From an uncultured Planctomycetia bacterium (GTDB lineage: Bacteria > Omnitrophota > Gorgyraeia > 2-02-FULL-51-18), in NCBI GenBank assembly GCA_964402785.1, contig CAYODQ010000004.1:159-64158 (forward strand): a DNA stretch of 64,000 bases. The letters are read 5' to 3'. A program made the position numbers and the translations under genes. Positions 9,202 to 19,549 of the stretch are shown here, piece by piece (positions within the stretch are counted from its first letter, which is position 1; each line of letters begins with the position of its first letter). Below the pieces are notes generated by a model. The model had not been told where the DNA came from. It saw nothing but the letters and a program-made list of their open reading frames with translations, and ran no database searches.

Positions 9202-9918
9202 TTAAATAGTGGCTGAGATGGTTGGGCTCGGCTGATCAAGGGATGACTTGACGGCAGAAAATTTTTGAATAACAAAAATTGCCTGAGTGAATACTGTTGC
9301 CCAGATGATTTTGCAGCTTAAAACAGTGCCGTGTTGCGACGCTACCCTTTCAACCTCACCGATTGTTAGAGCGCGCTCATCAAAAAATATCCAGGATCCA
9401 AGTAATTCTGATAGGCGCCGGCTGATTTTGTACAGCCAGGTGGGTGTGGGGAAAGTTATCACGGCCACGCCTCCAGGTTTGAGAATATTCATATGCGCTC
9501 GAACAGCCTTTTTCATATCCTCGTGACCGAAGTGCTCGATCAATCCGATGCTGAGCGTTACATCCACTTGCGGCGAATGCTCAAAATCCAAAATATCTTT
9601 TTCATGAAAATGCAGAGACTTGCCGCAAAGCCGGCCGGGTTTAGTGGGATATTTGTCTATGATGTGATACTCCGCTGGGTTGAGCGAAAAATTAAGAATT
9701 GGGTAAACAAAGCTGTTTGCGCCACCAAATTCTGCGATGACAATAGATCCTTTGCCGAACAGGAGTTTTTTTAACTGCCGACTGACATGTCTACTGAGGA
9801 TGCCACGCGTCACTCCGGCCAAAGGATAGGGGTGTGTATAATAGTGATGCCAGTTAGTTTTTAGGTCGCGACGCTTCATTTGAATTAAAAGTATAGTAGA
9901 TTCTTGGGGTGAGGTCAT
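9202..9918 (-). CDS. Class I SAM-dependent methyltransferase (start uncertain)
   Basis: IAEFGGANS motif I variant, LSIGLIEHF, ILKPGG..ITFP. Confidence 0.7.
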   Translation of the reverse strand: MTSPQESTILLIQMKRRDLKTNWHHYYTHPYPLAGVTRGILSRHVSRQLKKLLFGKGSIVIAEFGGANSFVYPILNFSLNPAEYHIIDKYPTKPGRLCGKSLHFHEKDILDFEHSPQVDVTLSIGLIEHFGHEDMKKAVRAHMNILKPGGVAVITFPTPTWLYKISRRLSELLGSWIFFDERALTIGEVERVASQHGTVLSCKIIWATVFTQAIFVIQKFSAVKSSLDQPSPTISATI

Positions 9919-9985
9919 TTAAAATTTCGTGTGATGTGGTATGCTTTGATAGGGTTTTAAGAAGACGGAGTTATCGCGAGAAAAA

Positions 9986-10600
9986 GTGATTATGACAATA
10001 GTTGTTGCTACCCAGAATAAAGATAAATGCCTTGAGATTAAAACGTTGCTCAGAGATCTCAACATCAGGGTTTTGTCCTTGGAGGATTTTTCTAAGTCCT
10101 CAAAAGTTGTTGAAAATTGCGATACCTTTGAAGGTAACGCTGAAAAAAAAGCGCGGGTGTATTCTAAGCGGACTAAATCTCTTTGCGTGGCAGACGATTC
10201 GGGCTTGATGGTTCGCGCGCTGAATGGCAAGCCGGGTGTTTATTCAGCAAGGTACGCGGGAAAAAATTGCACTTATGATGACAATAATCGTAAGGTTCTG
10301 AGCGCGCTTGCTCGCGCGCCCTGGCCTAAGCGGACTGCTAAATTTGTTTCGGTTGTCTCTGTCTATGACAATGGCCGCAAGATCAAGACCGTGCGAGGGG
10401 AGTGTGTGGGACGTATCGGGTTCATGCCCAAAGGAGACAATGGATTTGGCTATGACCCGATCTTCATTCCAAAAGGCTCGCCCAAAACGTATGCCGAGAT
10501 GACCAGCGAGGCTAAGAACGGCATTAGTCATCGCGGGAAAGCGCTTCGCAAGGCAAAAAAGGTTATCCAGGTTTATCTTAAGAAGAAAGGATCTAGCTGA
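9986..10600 (+). CDS. rdgB: dITP/XTP pyrophosphatase (Ham1 family)
   Basis: VVATQNKDK, TFEGNAEKKA, ADDSGL, PGVYSARY, GFGYDPIF, ISHRGKA. Confidence 0.95.
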   Translation: MIMTIVVATQNKDKCLEIKTLLRDLNIRVLSLEDFSKSSKVVENCDTFEGNAEKKARVYSKRTKSLCVADDSGLMVRALNGKPGVYSARYAGKNCTYDDNNRKVLSALARAPWPKRTAKFVSVVSVYDNGRKIKTVRGECVGRIGFMPKGDNGFGYDPIFIPKGSPKTYAEMTSEAKNGISHRGKALRKAKKVIQVYLKKKGSS

Positions 10601-13154
10601 CGATCTTTTGAACGATCCCGCCCAAAGTCTTTCCCACGGCTCGTCCCGACGGAAGTATATTTTTTTCGAACACAGGCGCTTTTAAATTACCTCTGACACG
10701 ATGTTGAGAGATGAATCGGCCGGCTTCATTGACCATAAAATTCGCAAGGCCTCCGGTAGCCTGAGCACCGCGAAACACATCTTCCGAGTAATTGATGTCC
10801 ATGAGCATATCCAGATCGCCATTCAGATGAATATCCCCCTCTAAGGATAGATTCACCGAGTCGCCAAGCAAGCTTAGTCTAGGAGCGTGTATTTTTTCGT
10901 TCTCCAGAGTGAATTCGGAGGTGAGTTCATGAAATGTCACCCAATCCAGACCTTCGACGCGGACAAGAGGGAGTTTGCCCATGGCCTTGAATTTGTCCGT
11001 TTGGAAGATAAAGCCGTTCGTGATGCTGAGAGTCCCGCGGCCACGCCAGCTGGGGCGATTTTGTAAGATCCCGCTAACTTCTGTATTCAATAGGAGCGTC
11101 CCGGATAATTTACTTTGCGAGCCCGGCAGATCCTTCGCGAGCTCTTTTAAATTGACCTGGTTGACGAACAGTTTGGCCACGAATGGGGTGGGTGATTTGG
11201 ATAGATCAAATGCCCAGCTGCTGCCCATGGGGCCGCCATAAAAATCAGCGTGAAAATAGGGGATATTCAGGATCTTTTGCGCCATGCGCAGCTGAAGTTG
11301 AACGGATCTCAATTTGAATTTTTGATTGAATACCACCGACTTGGAGCTTGCATCCATTTGAATATTTGCCGCAAGCCAATTATCAACGCTGCCGTTAAAG
11401 GTGAATGCGCCCTCCAGCGTGCCATCGACGGCTGTGCGCTTTAGATCCGGATAGGTTTGAGCGGCCCAGGCAAGCGATCTTCGTAGATCGATAAGCGCCT
11501 GCCCTTGAAGATTTAGGTGTGGTTTTTGCCAATCGATCACTTGCCCCCTGAACGCCAGGGACGCGCCAGCCATGCGCAGGGTGGCGTTGGATAAATGAAT
11601 ATCGGAGCCCAGCACTTTAAAATCAGAAAAAAATCTCAGTCTTTGTGAGCGAGCCTTGATCGTTCCGCTAGGCGGGGTATTTTTCGGGATACTGCCATTG
11701 ATCTGCACGGCTTCAGCGCCCAGCATAAAATTTAGATCCTGGATCCGAAGTCCGGATGGATCCATAAAAAAATCGCCGGAGACTTGTTTTAGGCGGATAT
11801 TTTTAGGCTCGCTTGTGACAGCTCCTTCCGATAAACGGATCTTGTGTTGGGTTTCGACCCGAGCACCTTTTTTGAGCGAACCTGTGAGTTGTGTCAGTGT
11901 CTGGCACTGACCTTCAATTTTAAGATCTTTTATTTTGTCCAAAGTATCTTTGGGAATAAGCGCGCGCACCTGATCCATGGTCAGCGCGGATCGGATCTCT
12001 CCGTTCACCAAAAGCTCTTTGAACGAGCGGACATGGCCGACCGCTTCAAAGGCGATATTTTTATATTCCCCACGCAGAGAACGCACCGTCAGAAGGTCTT
12101 TCTCAAAACGGATCTCTCCGTTGAGATCTTCGATCTTGTCGATCTGTTGTGACAGCTTGAAGGCATTGACGCGAGCCATAGAAAGGCTGCCTTTATATTG
12201 TTCAAATTTACGAAGTATGGGGTCGAACACGCCCTCAGCCTCTAGTTTCATATGACCCTGATAAAAGCTTGGGGAGGTCGATATCTCGGCTTCTTTGAGA
12301 TCCGCATGGGTATGAAAAAGTAGCAGCGAATGCTGTCCGCTCCAAACTTGGGTTTCCAGATACAATCTGCCTTTTTGGAGCTGAATAAAATTATTTTTTT
12401 GATAGGCGCGCAGCCATTCGGGCACTTTTTTGCTATGCGTTTTAAGATTAAAAGTGTAGTTACCTTTTTTAAGGTCCCAATTTCCGGTCAGCGATACGTT
12501 GGCGTAGGAGTCTTGGCCGAGGCTGACGTTTCCATCAAATCGAATGACAGGTGGCTTGTGAAAGCCCATCCGTATATTAATCGAGCGGAGTGTTTCAGCT
12601 ACCGGTGATGTTTTGGTCGGGCTAATACGAACGACGCCATTGATGATCTCAATTTGCTCCAAATAAACATTCTCGGGCAGGAATGTATCAGGGCCGGTGG
12701 CAATATCCTCCAATTTATAATTCGGCTGATTGCTGATGATCGGGACGCTGATCTGTCCGGAGATCGCTGTTTTGGGGGCTTCGGGCTCTGCTTTTTTGGG
12801 TTGGGCGATCACGAGATCATAAACAGGCGTATCCAGCACAAAGTGGTCGATGATGATCTTTTTTTGTTGGAAAAAGGGGATCAGCTTGACGTTGACTGCG
12901 ACGCGCTTGGCCGAAAAAAGGAGAGACCCGTCTTCCTTGTACCAACGCACACCTTGCAAGTTGAGTCCTGAGAAAGGCAGGTAAACAGCTTTGTCAAAGT
13001 GAATATCTTGATGCGTGATCCGCTTGAGCTCAAGAATAGCCTTTTCTCGTAGTTGGCCGGGAAACAGCCCGATTTGGACATAAGTTAGGCCGAGCGCCGC
13101 CACGAAAGAAAATGCCAGGAACCATTTGAATGCCCTGCGATGTCGAGATTTCAT
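10593..13154 (-). CDS. AsmA-like (DUF748/DUF3971) periplasmic protein
   Basis: Single N-terminal TM, long beta-rich repeats, C-terminal AsmA-like region ending VRGNLKAP. Confidence 0.7.
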   Translation of the reverse strand: MKSRHRRAFKWFLAFSFVAALGLTYVQIGLFPGQLREKAILELKRITHQDIHFDKAVYLPFSGLNLQGVRWYKEDGSLLFSAKRVAVNVKLIPFFQQKKIIIDHFVLDTPVYDLVIAQPKKAEPEAPKTAISGQISVPIISNQPNYKLEDIATGPDTFLPENVYLEQIEIINGVVRISPTKTSPVAETLRSINIRMGFHKPPVIRFDGNVSLGQDSYANVSLTGNWDLKKGNYTFNLKTHSKKVPEWLRAYQKNNFIQLQKGRLYLETQVWSGQHSLLLFHTHADLKEAEISTSPSFYQGHMKLEAEGVFDPILRKFEQYKGSLSMARVNAFKLSQQIDKIEDLNGEIRFEKDLLTVRSLRGEYKNIAFEAVGHVRSFKELLVNGEIRSALTMDQVRALIPKDTLDKIKDLKIEGQCQTLTQLTGSLKKGARVETQHKIRLSEGAVTSEPKNIRLKQVSGDFFMDPSGLRIQDLNFMLGAEAVQINGSIPKNTPPSGTIKARSQRLRFFSDFKVLGSDIHLSNATLRMAGASLAFRGQVIDWQKPHLNLQGQALIDLRRSLAWAAQTYPDLKRTAVDGTLEGAFTFNGSVDNWLAANIQMDASSKSVVFNQKFKLRSVQLQLRMAQKILNIPYFHADFYGGPMGSSWAFDLSKSPTPFVAKLFVNQVNLKELAKDLPGSQSKLSGTLLLNTEVSGILQNRPSWRGRGTLSITNGFIFQTDKFKAMGKLPLVRVEGLDWVTFHELTSEFTLENEKIHAPRLSLLGDSVNLSLEGDIHLNGDLDMLMDINYSEDVFRGAQATGGLANFMVNEAGRFISQHRVRGNLKAPVFEKNILPSGRAVGKTLGGIVQKIVS

Positions 13155-13162
13155 AACTCCTG

Positions 13163-13171
13163 ATTATAGCA
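13163..13171 (-). promoter_or_regulatory. Extended -10 promoter (TGCTATAAT) for the AsmA-like gene
   Basis: Reverse complement of ATTATAGCA, ending 8 nt before ATG 13154. Confidence 0.5.
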
Positions 13172-13209
13172 TGAGTTGAGATACAGCGGTCAGGAGCCGG
13201 AGAAAGTTG

Positions 13210-13238
13210 TTGCGGGGTATAATGCCTTTCTCTATAAT
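13210..13238 (+). promoter_or_regulatory. Sigma70 promoter for the coaD-fab operon
   Basis: TTGCGG-N17-TATAAT, ending 6 nt before ATG 13245. Confidence 0.55.
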
Positions 13239-13244
13239 GCGCGC

Positions 13245-13742
13245 ATGAAGAAACGCAGAACCAAGGGCATTTATCCAGGCACATTCGATCCCGTGACCAA
13301 CGGACACATAGATCTGATCCGGCGGGCACTGGGTATCTTTGACGAAGTGCTCGTGGCTGTGGCGGATGCCGGGTCTGATAAAAATCCGCTTTTTTCGACC
13401 CGGGAGCGCGTTGATTTTTTAAAACGAGCCACCCATGATCTGGGCTCGCGGGTGACGGTCGAGTCTTTTGACGGGCTGGTCGTAAATTTTGCGCAAAAAA
13501 AGGGTGCCGGCACCATGATCCGCGGTGTGCGTATGTTCTCAGATTTTGAATATGAGTTTCAGATGGCGCTTACCAATCGCAAGCTCAATAAAGAGATCGA
13601 GACGATGTTTTTGATGCCGCATGAATCGTATTCTTATTTATCGAGCCGGATGATCAAAGAGATAGCCAGGCTCTCGGGTGATATCCGGCCCTTTGTGCCG
13701 CCATACGTCGAAAAGGCATTGAAAAGCAAATATCAGAGCTGA
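13245..13742 (+). CDS. coaD: Phosphopantetheine adenylyltransferase
   Basis: IYPGTFDPVTNGHIDLI, IRGVR..SDFEYE, LSSRMIKE. Confidence 0.97.
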   Translation: MKKRRTKGIYPGTFDPVTNGHIDLIRRALGIFDEVLVAVADAGSDKNPLFSTRERVDFLKRATHDLGSRVTVESFDGLVVNFAQKKGAGTMIRGVRMFSDFEYEFQMALTNRKLNKEIETMFLMPHESYSYLSSRMIKEIARLSGDIRPFVPPYVEKALKSKYQS

Positions 13743-13752
13743 AGATCTTTTA

Positions 13753-14175
13753 ATGAAAATCAATTTAAAGAACGCGGAAGACGATAAAACAATTTTTTTG
13801 GAAGATGTGCTGGATTCCAAGGCCCTGGATCTGGATATTGGGATCATGCATTTTCCGGAAGAGATCCGTTTGAAGGTGGAAGCCTGGAAAACGGGGGACG
13901 ATCTGACGGTCAACGCACATGTCGAAGGCGATCAGCAGTTTACGTGTTCGCGGTGCCTTGAAGAATTTGATAATCTATTTGAAAAAGATTTTACACTTCA
14001 TTATGATATCAAAGGTCTTGATTCGGTAAGTATCGACCAAGAGGTTCGGGAAGAGCTGATGCTTGAGTGCCCGATCCGTATTTTATGTAAGCCCGATTGT
14101 AAAGGGCTATGTGTATCTTGCGGGGCCAACTTAAACGAAGGACCCTGCGGCTGTAGAAAGGAATCTAATGCCTAA
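13753..14175 (+). CDS. yceD: DUF177/YceD family protein
   Basis: CSRCL, LCKPDCKGLCVSCGANLN; directly upstream of rpmF. Confidence 0.9.
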   Translation: MKINLKNAEDDKTIFLEDVLDSKALDLDIGIMHFPEEIRLKVEAWKTGDDLTVNAHVEGDQQFTCSRCLEEFDNLFEKDFTLHYDIKGLDSVSIDQEVREELMLECPIRILCKPDCKGLCVSCGANLNEGPCGCRKESNA

Positions 14176-14368
14176 TCCAAAAAGAAGACACTCGAATACC
14201 AGAACGCGGAAGCGCCGTACGCATGATGTGATGTATGCGACGCCAACGTCTGCTTGCAAACAATGTGGTAACCCTATTATGTCTCACCGCGTATGCCCCA
14301 AATGCGGTTTTTACAAAGGACGTCAGGTTATCAACATCAAAACCAAAGATAAGAAAAAGACTCGTTGA
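14168..14368 (+). CDS. rpmF: 50S ribosomal protein L32 (Zn-binding form)
   Basis: MPNPKRRHS..R.RKRR, CKQC and HRVCPKCGFYKG. Confidence 0.97.
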   Translation: MPNPKRRHSNTRTRKRRTHDVMYATPTSACKQCGNPIMSHRVCPKCGFYKGRQVINIKTKDKKKTR

Positions 14369-15360
14369 GGATAGCCCTTGACGCTATGGGCGGGGATGAT
14401 GCTCCCCAGTCCATGGTTGCGGGAGCGATCTTAGCTGCCCGCGAATACGGATATCGCATCGTGCTTGTCGGGGATCAGACGCTTGTGCAGTCTGAGCTTG
14501 AGAAGCACAAGAATGTACCCAACACGATCAGCGTTCATCATGCGGGAAGTTTTGTCCGCATGGATGAATCGGCTGCGTTGGCGATCCGCAAGAAAAAAGA
14601 CGCCTCTGTGTCCATTTGCGCTGAGCTCATCCGGGACGGAGTTGTGGATGCGATGGTCACGGCTGGACACACGGGCGCGGCCGTTGTGGCGTCTACGCTC
14701 AAACTTCGGCTTCTTGAGGGCATTGAACGCCCCGGCATCGGCATCCTTTTTCCCACACTCAAAACGCCTTGTTTTTTAATAGACGTTGGCGCCAACATCG
14801 ATATCAAGCCTGTTCATTTATTTCAATACGCTTTGATGGGGGATGTGTATTTCCGTTATATTCTCCGTAAAAATCGTCCATCTGTAGGTATTTTGAATAT
14901 CGGCGAGGAAGAATCCAAAGGCACCGAATACATCAAAGAGGCTCATCGTCTTCTCAGTGATTCCAAACTTCATTTTATAGGCAATGTCGAAGGCCGTGAC
15001 ATTTTCAACGGTAAAGTCGATATCGTCGTGTGCGACGGATTTGTGGGTAATGTTGTTTTAAAGGTAGCAGAATCGATCGCAGATGTTATTGGAAAGCTTT
15101 TAAAGCACGAGCTTAAGAAAAGCCCCGTTACTCAGCTGGGAGCTTTTTTAGCCATGCCCGCTTTTAAGGCGCTTAAGAAAGAGATCGATTATGCTGAGCA
15201 GGGCGGCGCGCCTCTTTTGGGTGTGAATGGCACGTGTATCATTGGACACGGATCCTCCAATCCTCTCGCGATTAAAAATGCTATCCGCGTCAGCGCCGAG
15301 TACGTCAAATACGAGATCAATCAGCATATTCTTGAAGCCGTTCGGGCGAGCAAGGCGTAG
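14365..15360 (+). CDS. plsX: Phosphate acyltransferase PlsX
   Basis: IALDAMGGD, AGHTGA, DVGAN, NIGEEESKG, CDGFVGN, GHGSS. Confidence 0.97.
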   Translation: MRIALDAMGGDDAPQSMVAGAILAAREYGYRIVLVGDQTLVQSELEKHKNVPNTISVHHAGSFVRMDESAALAIRKKKDASVSICAELIRDGVVDAMVTAGHTGAAVVASTLKLRLLEGIERPGIGILFPTLKTPCFLIDVGANIDIKPVHLFQYALMGDVYFRYILRKNRPSVGILNIGEEESKGTEYIKEAHRLLSDSKLHFIGNVEGRDIFNGKVDIVVCDGFVGNVVLKVAESIADVIGKLLKHELKKSPVTQLGAFLAMPAFKALKKEIDYAEQGGAPLLGVNGTCIIGHGSSNPLAIKNAIRVSAEYVKYEINQHILEAVRASKA

Positions 15361-15363
15361 TCC

Positions 15364-16344
15364 ATGACAAGGCGTGCCGCGATCGCAGGCTTGGGATATG
15401 CCGTGCCCCCAAAGATCCTCACTAACCAAGATCTTGAAAAATTGGTGGATACCAGCGATGAGTGGATCCGCACTCGCACCGGGATCTCCGAGCGACGTAT
15501 CGCAGAAAAAGGGTCTGGTACAAGTGATCTGGCTGCAAAAGCGGCTGAGAAAGCGCTCACATCCGCCGGCGTCAAAGCCGAAGAGATCGACCTCATCATT
15601 GCCGCCACGAGTACACCGGATATGCCGCTTCCATCGACCGCCTGTTTTATTCAGCAAAAGATCGGTGCCAAAAAAGCAGCTGCTTTTGATCTGGCAGCGG
15701 CTTGTGCTGGGTTTGTGTATGGGTTAAGTACCGCTGAACAGTTTATTCTGGGTGGTATGTATAAAAAGGTCTTAGTTATAGGTGCAGATGTGATCTCTCC
15801 TTATATAGACTGGTCCGACCGATCCACATGCGTGCTGTTTGGGGATGGTGCAGCTGCTGCTGTGTTGGTTGCTTCGGAATCGCACGGTATTCTTTCAAGT
15901 GTGTTGGGATCCGATGGACAGTACGCTGATCTGCTCACGATCAAATGTGGAGGCTCTCGTAATCCGGCCTCTCACGCCTCGGTGGATGCAAAGGGTCATT
16001 ATCTCCAGATGAACGGCGCTGAAGTCTTCAAGCTTGCTGTGCGCGGCATGACCGATGCTGTGATCGAAGCGCTTGAGAAGTCACATATCAAAAAAGACGA
16101 GATCTCTTGTTTTGTTCCGCATCAAGCCAATCTTCGCATCATAGACGCTGTGGCCGATAGGCTTGAGCTGCCCAAAGAAAAAATATTCGTGAACTTGCAA
16201 AAATACGGCAACACATCCGCAGCTTCATGCGCCATCGCTTTGTGCGAAGCGGTTGAATCCGGAAAAATTAAAAAGGGTGACAAAGTGGTGATCGCAACTT
16301 TTGGAAGCGGGCTTGTTTGGGCCGCGATGGTGATGGAATGGTGA
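15364..16344 (+). CDS. fabH: 3-oxoacyl-ACP synthase III
   Basis: DTSDEWIRTRTGI, AACAGF, FGDGAAA, PHQAN, YGNTSAAS. Confidence 0.97.
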   Translation: MTRRAAIAGLGYAVPPKILTNQDLEKLVDTSDEWIRTRTGISERRIAEKGSGTSDLAAKAAEKALTSAGVKAEEIDLIIAATSTPDMPLPSTACFIQQKIGAKKAAAFDLAAACAGFVYGLSTAEQFILGGMYKKVLVIGADVISPYIDWSDRSTCVLFGDGAAAAVLVASESHGILSSVLGSDGQYADLLTIKCGGSRNPASHASVDAKGHYLQMNGAEVFKLAVRGMTDAVIEALEKSHIKKDEISCFVPHQANLRIIDAVADRLELPKEKIFVNLQKYGNTSAASCAIALCEAVESGKIKKGDKVVIATFGSGLVWAAMVMEW

Positions 16345-17261
16345 AGTGCGCTTATCTTTTTCCGGGTCAAGGATCGCAGCATGTAGGGATGGGCAAAGAT
16401 CTTTACGATCATTACCCGGCCGCCAAGACGATCTATGACCGAGCCGCTCAGCTTTTGGATTTTGATATCAAGAAGATCTGTTTTGAAGGGCCAGCGGAAG
16501 AGTTGACCAAAACACGGTATGCTCAGTCCGCCATTTTTGTGACGAGCTTAGCGGCCTTGGAGGTCTTTAAACATCATCCCAAATTCAGTCAGTTTCAGCC
16601 CACATACGCAGCAGGGTTGAGCTTGGGAGAGGCGACGGCGTTGACGGCTGCGGGAGCGGTGAGTTTTGAGAATGGACTCGGCTTTGTGCGCGACCGAGGT
16701 CAATTCATGGACGAAGCCTCTATTGAAAGCCCTGGCCTTATGGCGGCTGTGCTGGGTATGGAGCTTAAAAGTGTTGAAGAGGTGTGTCAGGCAACTGGCG
16801 CCGAAGTGGGCAATCTTAATGCGCCCGGACAGATCGTCATCTCCGGTTTTAAGAAAAATGTTGAAGAGGCCATAGAAAAATTGCGCGAAAAGGGTGCTCG
16901 TAAGGTCATTCCGTTGGATGTGAGCGGCGCTTTTCATTCCAAGTGCATGGATTCGGCGTGTTTGCGGATTGAAAAGGCGCTGCGGTCTGTTGAGCTCAAG
17001 ACACCCGATATAGAGGTGGTCAGTAATTTGACAGCCGGCATCGAGACCGATCCCCAAAAGATCAAAGATAATTTGGTCAAGCAGATGAATCATCGTACCC
17101 TCTGGGAAGATTCCATGCGCTTTATTTTATCCAAAGGGGTCAAGACGTTCATTGAATTCGCTCCGGGAAAAGTGTTGAAGGGGCTTATGAAAAAAATAGA
17201 TCCGGAGGCAGAGGTGATCTGTCTAGGGTCAATGGAGGATTTTCATGTCTTCGAAAATTAA
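16338..17261 (+). CDS. fabD: Malonyl-CoA:ACP transacylase
   Basis: LFPGQGSQ, GLSLGE, VSGAFHS. Confidence 0.96.
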   Translation: MVKCAYLFPGQGSQHVGMGKDLYDHYPAAKTIYDRAAQLLDFDIKKICFEGPAEELTKTRYAQSAIFVTSLAALEVFKHHPKFSQFQPTYAAGLSLGEATALTAAGAVSFENGLGFVRDRGQFMDEASIESPGLMAAVLGMELKSVEEVCQATGAEVGNLNAPGQIVISGFKKNVEEAIEKLREKGARKVIPLDVSGAFHSKCMDSACLRIEKALRSVELKTPDIEVVSNLTAGIETDPQKIKDNLVKQMNHRTLWEDSMRFILSKGVKTFIEFAPGKVLKGLMKKIDPEAEVICLGSMEDFHVFEN

Positions 17262-18003
17262 ACGCCTTCAAGATAAAGTTGCGATCGTCACGGGTGCCAG
17301 TCGCGGTATCGGCAGGGAGCTTGCGCTGGTTTTTGCACAAGAGGGCGCAAAATTAGTACTCACAGCACGCTCGTTGGATCCGCTCAGATCTTTATCAGAT
17401 GAAATTGTAAAAGCGGGCGGCTTTGAGCCTCTTTGTATTGAATTGGATGTCAAAAATTCCGAAAAAGTGGACGAAATGGTGGACAAAACTCTTGACAAGT
17501 TTAGTCGTGTTGATATACTCGTCAACAATGCGGGCGTGACGCGCGATGGTTTGCTTTTGCGCATGTCCGATGACGACTGGGATGAAGTGCTGGATACAAA
17601 TTTAAAAGGCGCTTTTCACTGTCTACGCGCTGTCGCTAAGCCGATGATGCGTCAGCGAGCAGGAAGAATCATTAACATGGCCTCGGTGATCGGGTTGATC
17701 GGAAATGCCGGTCAGGCCAATTATGCAGCCAGCAAAGCAGGTTTGATCGCTTTGACAAAGTCGGCGGCCAAAGAGCTTGGTTCACGCAATATTTTGATCA
17801 ACGCGATAGCGCCGGGATTCATCGATACGGATATGACGCAGGCGCTGTCCGAAGAGGTTAGAAAAGCAATTTTGAAAAATATACCGACCGGCGTTTTTGG
17901 GAAACCGGTCGACGTCGCGAGAGCAGCGGTTTTTCTCGCTTCGGATGAAAGCAGTTTTGTGACAGGGCAGGTTCTCACCGTTGACGGTGGGATGGTCATG
18001 TGA
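17245..18003 (+). CDS. fabG: 3-oxoacyl-ACP reductase
   Basis: TGASRGIG, NNAGVTRD, GNAGQANYAASKAG, PGFIDTDMT. Confidence 0.97.
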   Translation: MSSKIKRLQDKVAIVTGASRGIGRELALVFAQEGAKLVLTARSLDPLRSLSDEIVKAGGFEPLCIELDVKNSEKVDEMVDKTLDKFSRVDILVNNAGVTRDGLLLRMSDDDWDEVLDTNLKGAFHCLRAVAKPMMRQRAGRIINMASVIGLIGNAGQANYAASKAGLIALTKSAAKELGSRNILINAIAPGFIDTDMTQALSEEVRKAILKNIPTGVFGKPVDVARAAVFLASDESSFVTGQVLTVDGGMVM

Positions 18004-18029
18004 AAAATTTAACGAGAGGAGCTTAATCG

Positions 18030-18278
18030 ATGAGCGATACAGCAGGTAAAGTAAGGTCCATCATTGCAGAGCAGCTGGGAGTTAAGATCGAGGAAGTCAC
18101 TGACTCAGCGTCTTTTGTGGACGATCTAGGTGCTGATTCATTGGACACGGTTGAGCTTGTGATGGCTCTCGAGGAAGAGTTTGGTATCGAGATCCCCGAT
18201 GAAGACGCCGAAAAGATGACCAACGTCGGCGAAGCTGTCCGTTACGTGGATCAGAAAGCCACCAAAAGCTCTAAGTAA
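18030..18278 (+). CDS. acpP: Acyl carrier protein
   Basis: [31 protein letters not shown]; GAGGAG SD. Confidence 0.98.
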   Translation: MSDTAGKVRSIIAEQLGVKIEEVTDSASFVDDLGADSLDTVELVMALEEEFGIEIPDEDAEKMTNVGEAVRYVDQKATKSSK

Positions 18279-18299
18279 CTTTTTTAGTCTAATATAGCA

Positions 18300-19547
18300 A
18301 TGTCATCCTATCCGCGTGTCGTAGTCACAGGCATAGGCGCGGTCACCCCGATTGGCAACACAGCCCAAGATTTTTGGGCTGCGGCAGTATCTGGTAAAAG
18401 CGGCGTTGATAGAATAACCGCTTTTGACCCGGCTGCCTTCGATTGTAAAATTGCCGCTGAAATAACTAATTATGATCCCAAGCTAACCATTCCCGTTAAA
18501 GAGTCCAGGAGGATGGAGCGCTTTTGCCAATTTGCCGTGACGGCCGCGGGTGAGGCGATAAAGGACGCAGCATTGGACATGAGCAAAGAAGATCCTCATG
18601 CCGTGGGCGTCATCATTGGTTCCGGCATCGGCAGCTTACGCATCGTCGAAGAGACGCATGCGCAGTACATGGCCAAAGGCCCCGATAAGTTCACCCCTTT
18701 TATGATCCCACTTCTTATTATCAACATGGCCTCTGGATGGGTCTCGATGTTGCATGGCTTAAAAGGCCCCAACACAGCGGTTGTGAGTGCTTGTGCAACC
18801 GGTACACATGCCATCGGCGAAGCGTATCGTATGATCAAGCACGGGTATGCCAAGGTTATGGTGTCGGGCGGAACGGAGAGTTGTGTCACGCCGCTAGGTA
18901 TTGGCGGTTTTTGTGCGCTCAAAGCCTTATCCAAAAGAAATGATGATCCTCAAAAAGCTTCCAGACCCTTTGATAAAGATCGTGACGGTTTTGTGATGGG
19001 AGAGGGCGCGGGCATTGTTGTTCTGGAGGAGCTGGAGCATGCCAAGGCGCGCGGCGCTAAGATCTATGGAGAGGTAGTGGGATATGCGCTAAACGGCGAT
19101 GCTTTTCACATGACAGCCCCTCATCCGGAAGGCGAGGGGGCAGTGTATTGTATGAATCTGGCATTAAAAGATGCCCGCATGAAGCCGGAAGATATCACGT
19201 ATGTAAACGCGCACGGAACTTCCACCGAGCTCAATGACAAGATAGAAACTTTGGCGATCAAAAAAACATTCGGTGATCATGCTAAAAAATTACAGATCAG
19301 CTCAACAAAGTCTATGACGGGCCATACATTGGGCGCTGCCGGTGGCATCGAATTTGTTGCGTGCTGTTTGTCACTCCAGCATCAAACGCTTCATCCGACC
19401 ATCAATCAGATCACGTCCGATCCGGAATGTGATCTGGATTATATCCCTAATACCGCGCGCAAGACACCGGTTGAAGTTTGTTTGTCCAATTCTTTGGGGT
19501 TTGGCGGTCACAACACCACCATCATAGTTAAAAAGTTCAGGGGGTAA
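18300..19547 (+). CDS. fabF: 3-oxoacyl-ACP synthase II
   Basis: RVVVTGIG, SACATG, NAHGTST, KSMTGHTLGAAG, NSLGFGG. Confidence 0.97.
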   Translation: MSSYPRVVVTGIGAVTPIGNTAQDFWAAAVSGKSGVDRITAFDPAAFDCKIAAEITNYDPKLTIPVKESRRMERFCQFAVTAAGEAIKDAALDMSKEDPHAVGVIIGSGIGSLRIVEETHAQYMAKGPDKFTPFMIPLLIINMASGWVSMLHGLKGPNTAVVSACATGTHAIGEAYRMIKHGYAKVMVSGGTESCVTPLGIGGFCALKALSKRNDDPQKASRPFDKDRDGFVMGEGAGIVVLEELEHAKARGAKIYGEVVGYALNGDAFHMTAPHPEGEGAVYCMNLALKDARMKPEDITYVNAHGTSTELNDKIETLAIKKTFGDHAKKLQISSTKSMTGHTLGAAGGIEFVACCLSLQHQTLHPTINQITSDPECDLDYIPNTARKTPVEVCLSNSLGFGGHNTTIIVKKFRG

Positions 19548-19549
19548 GT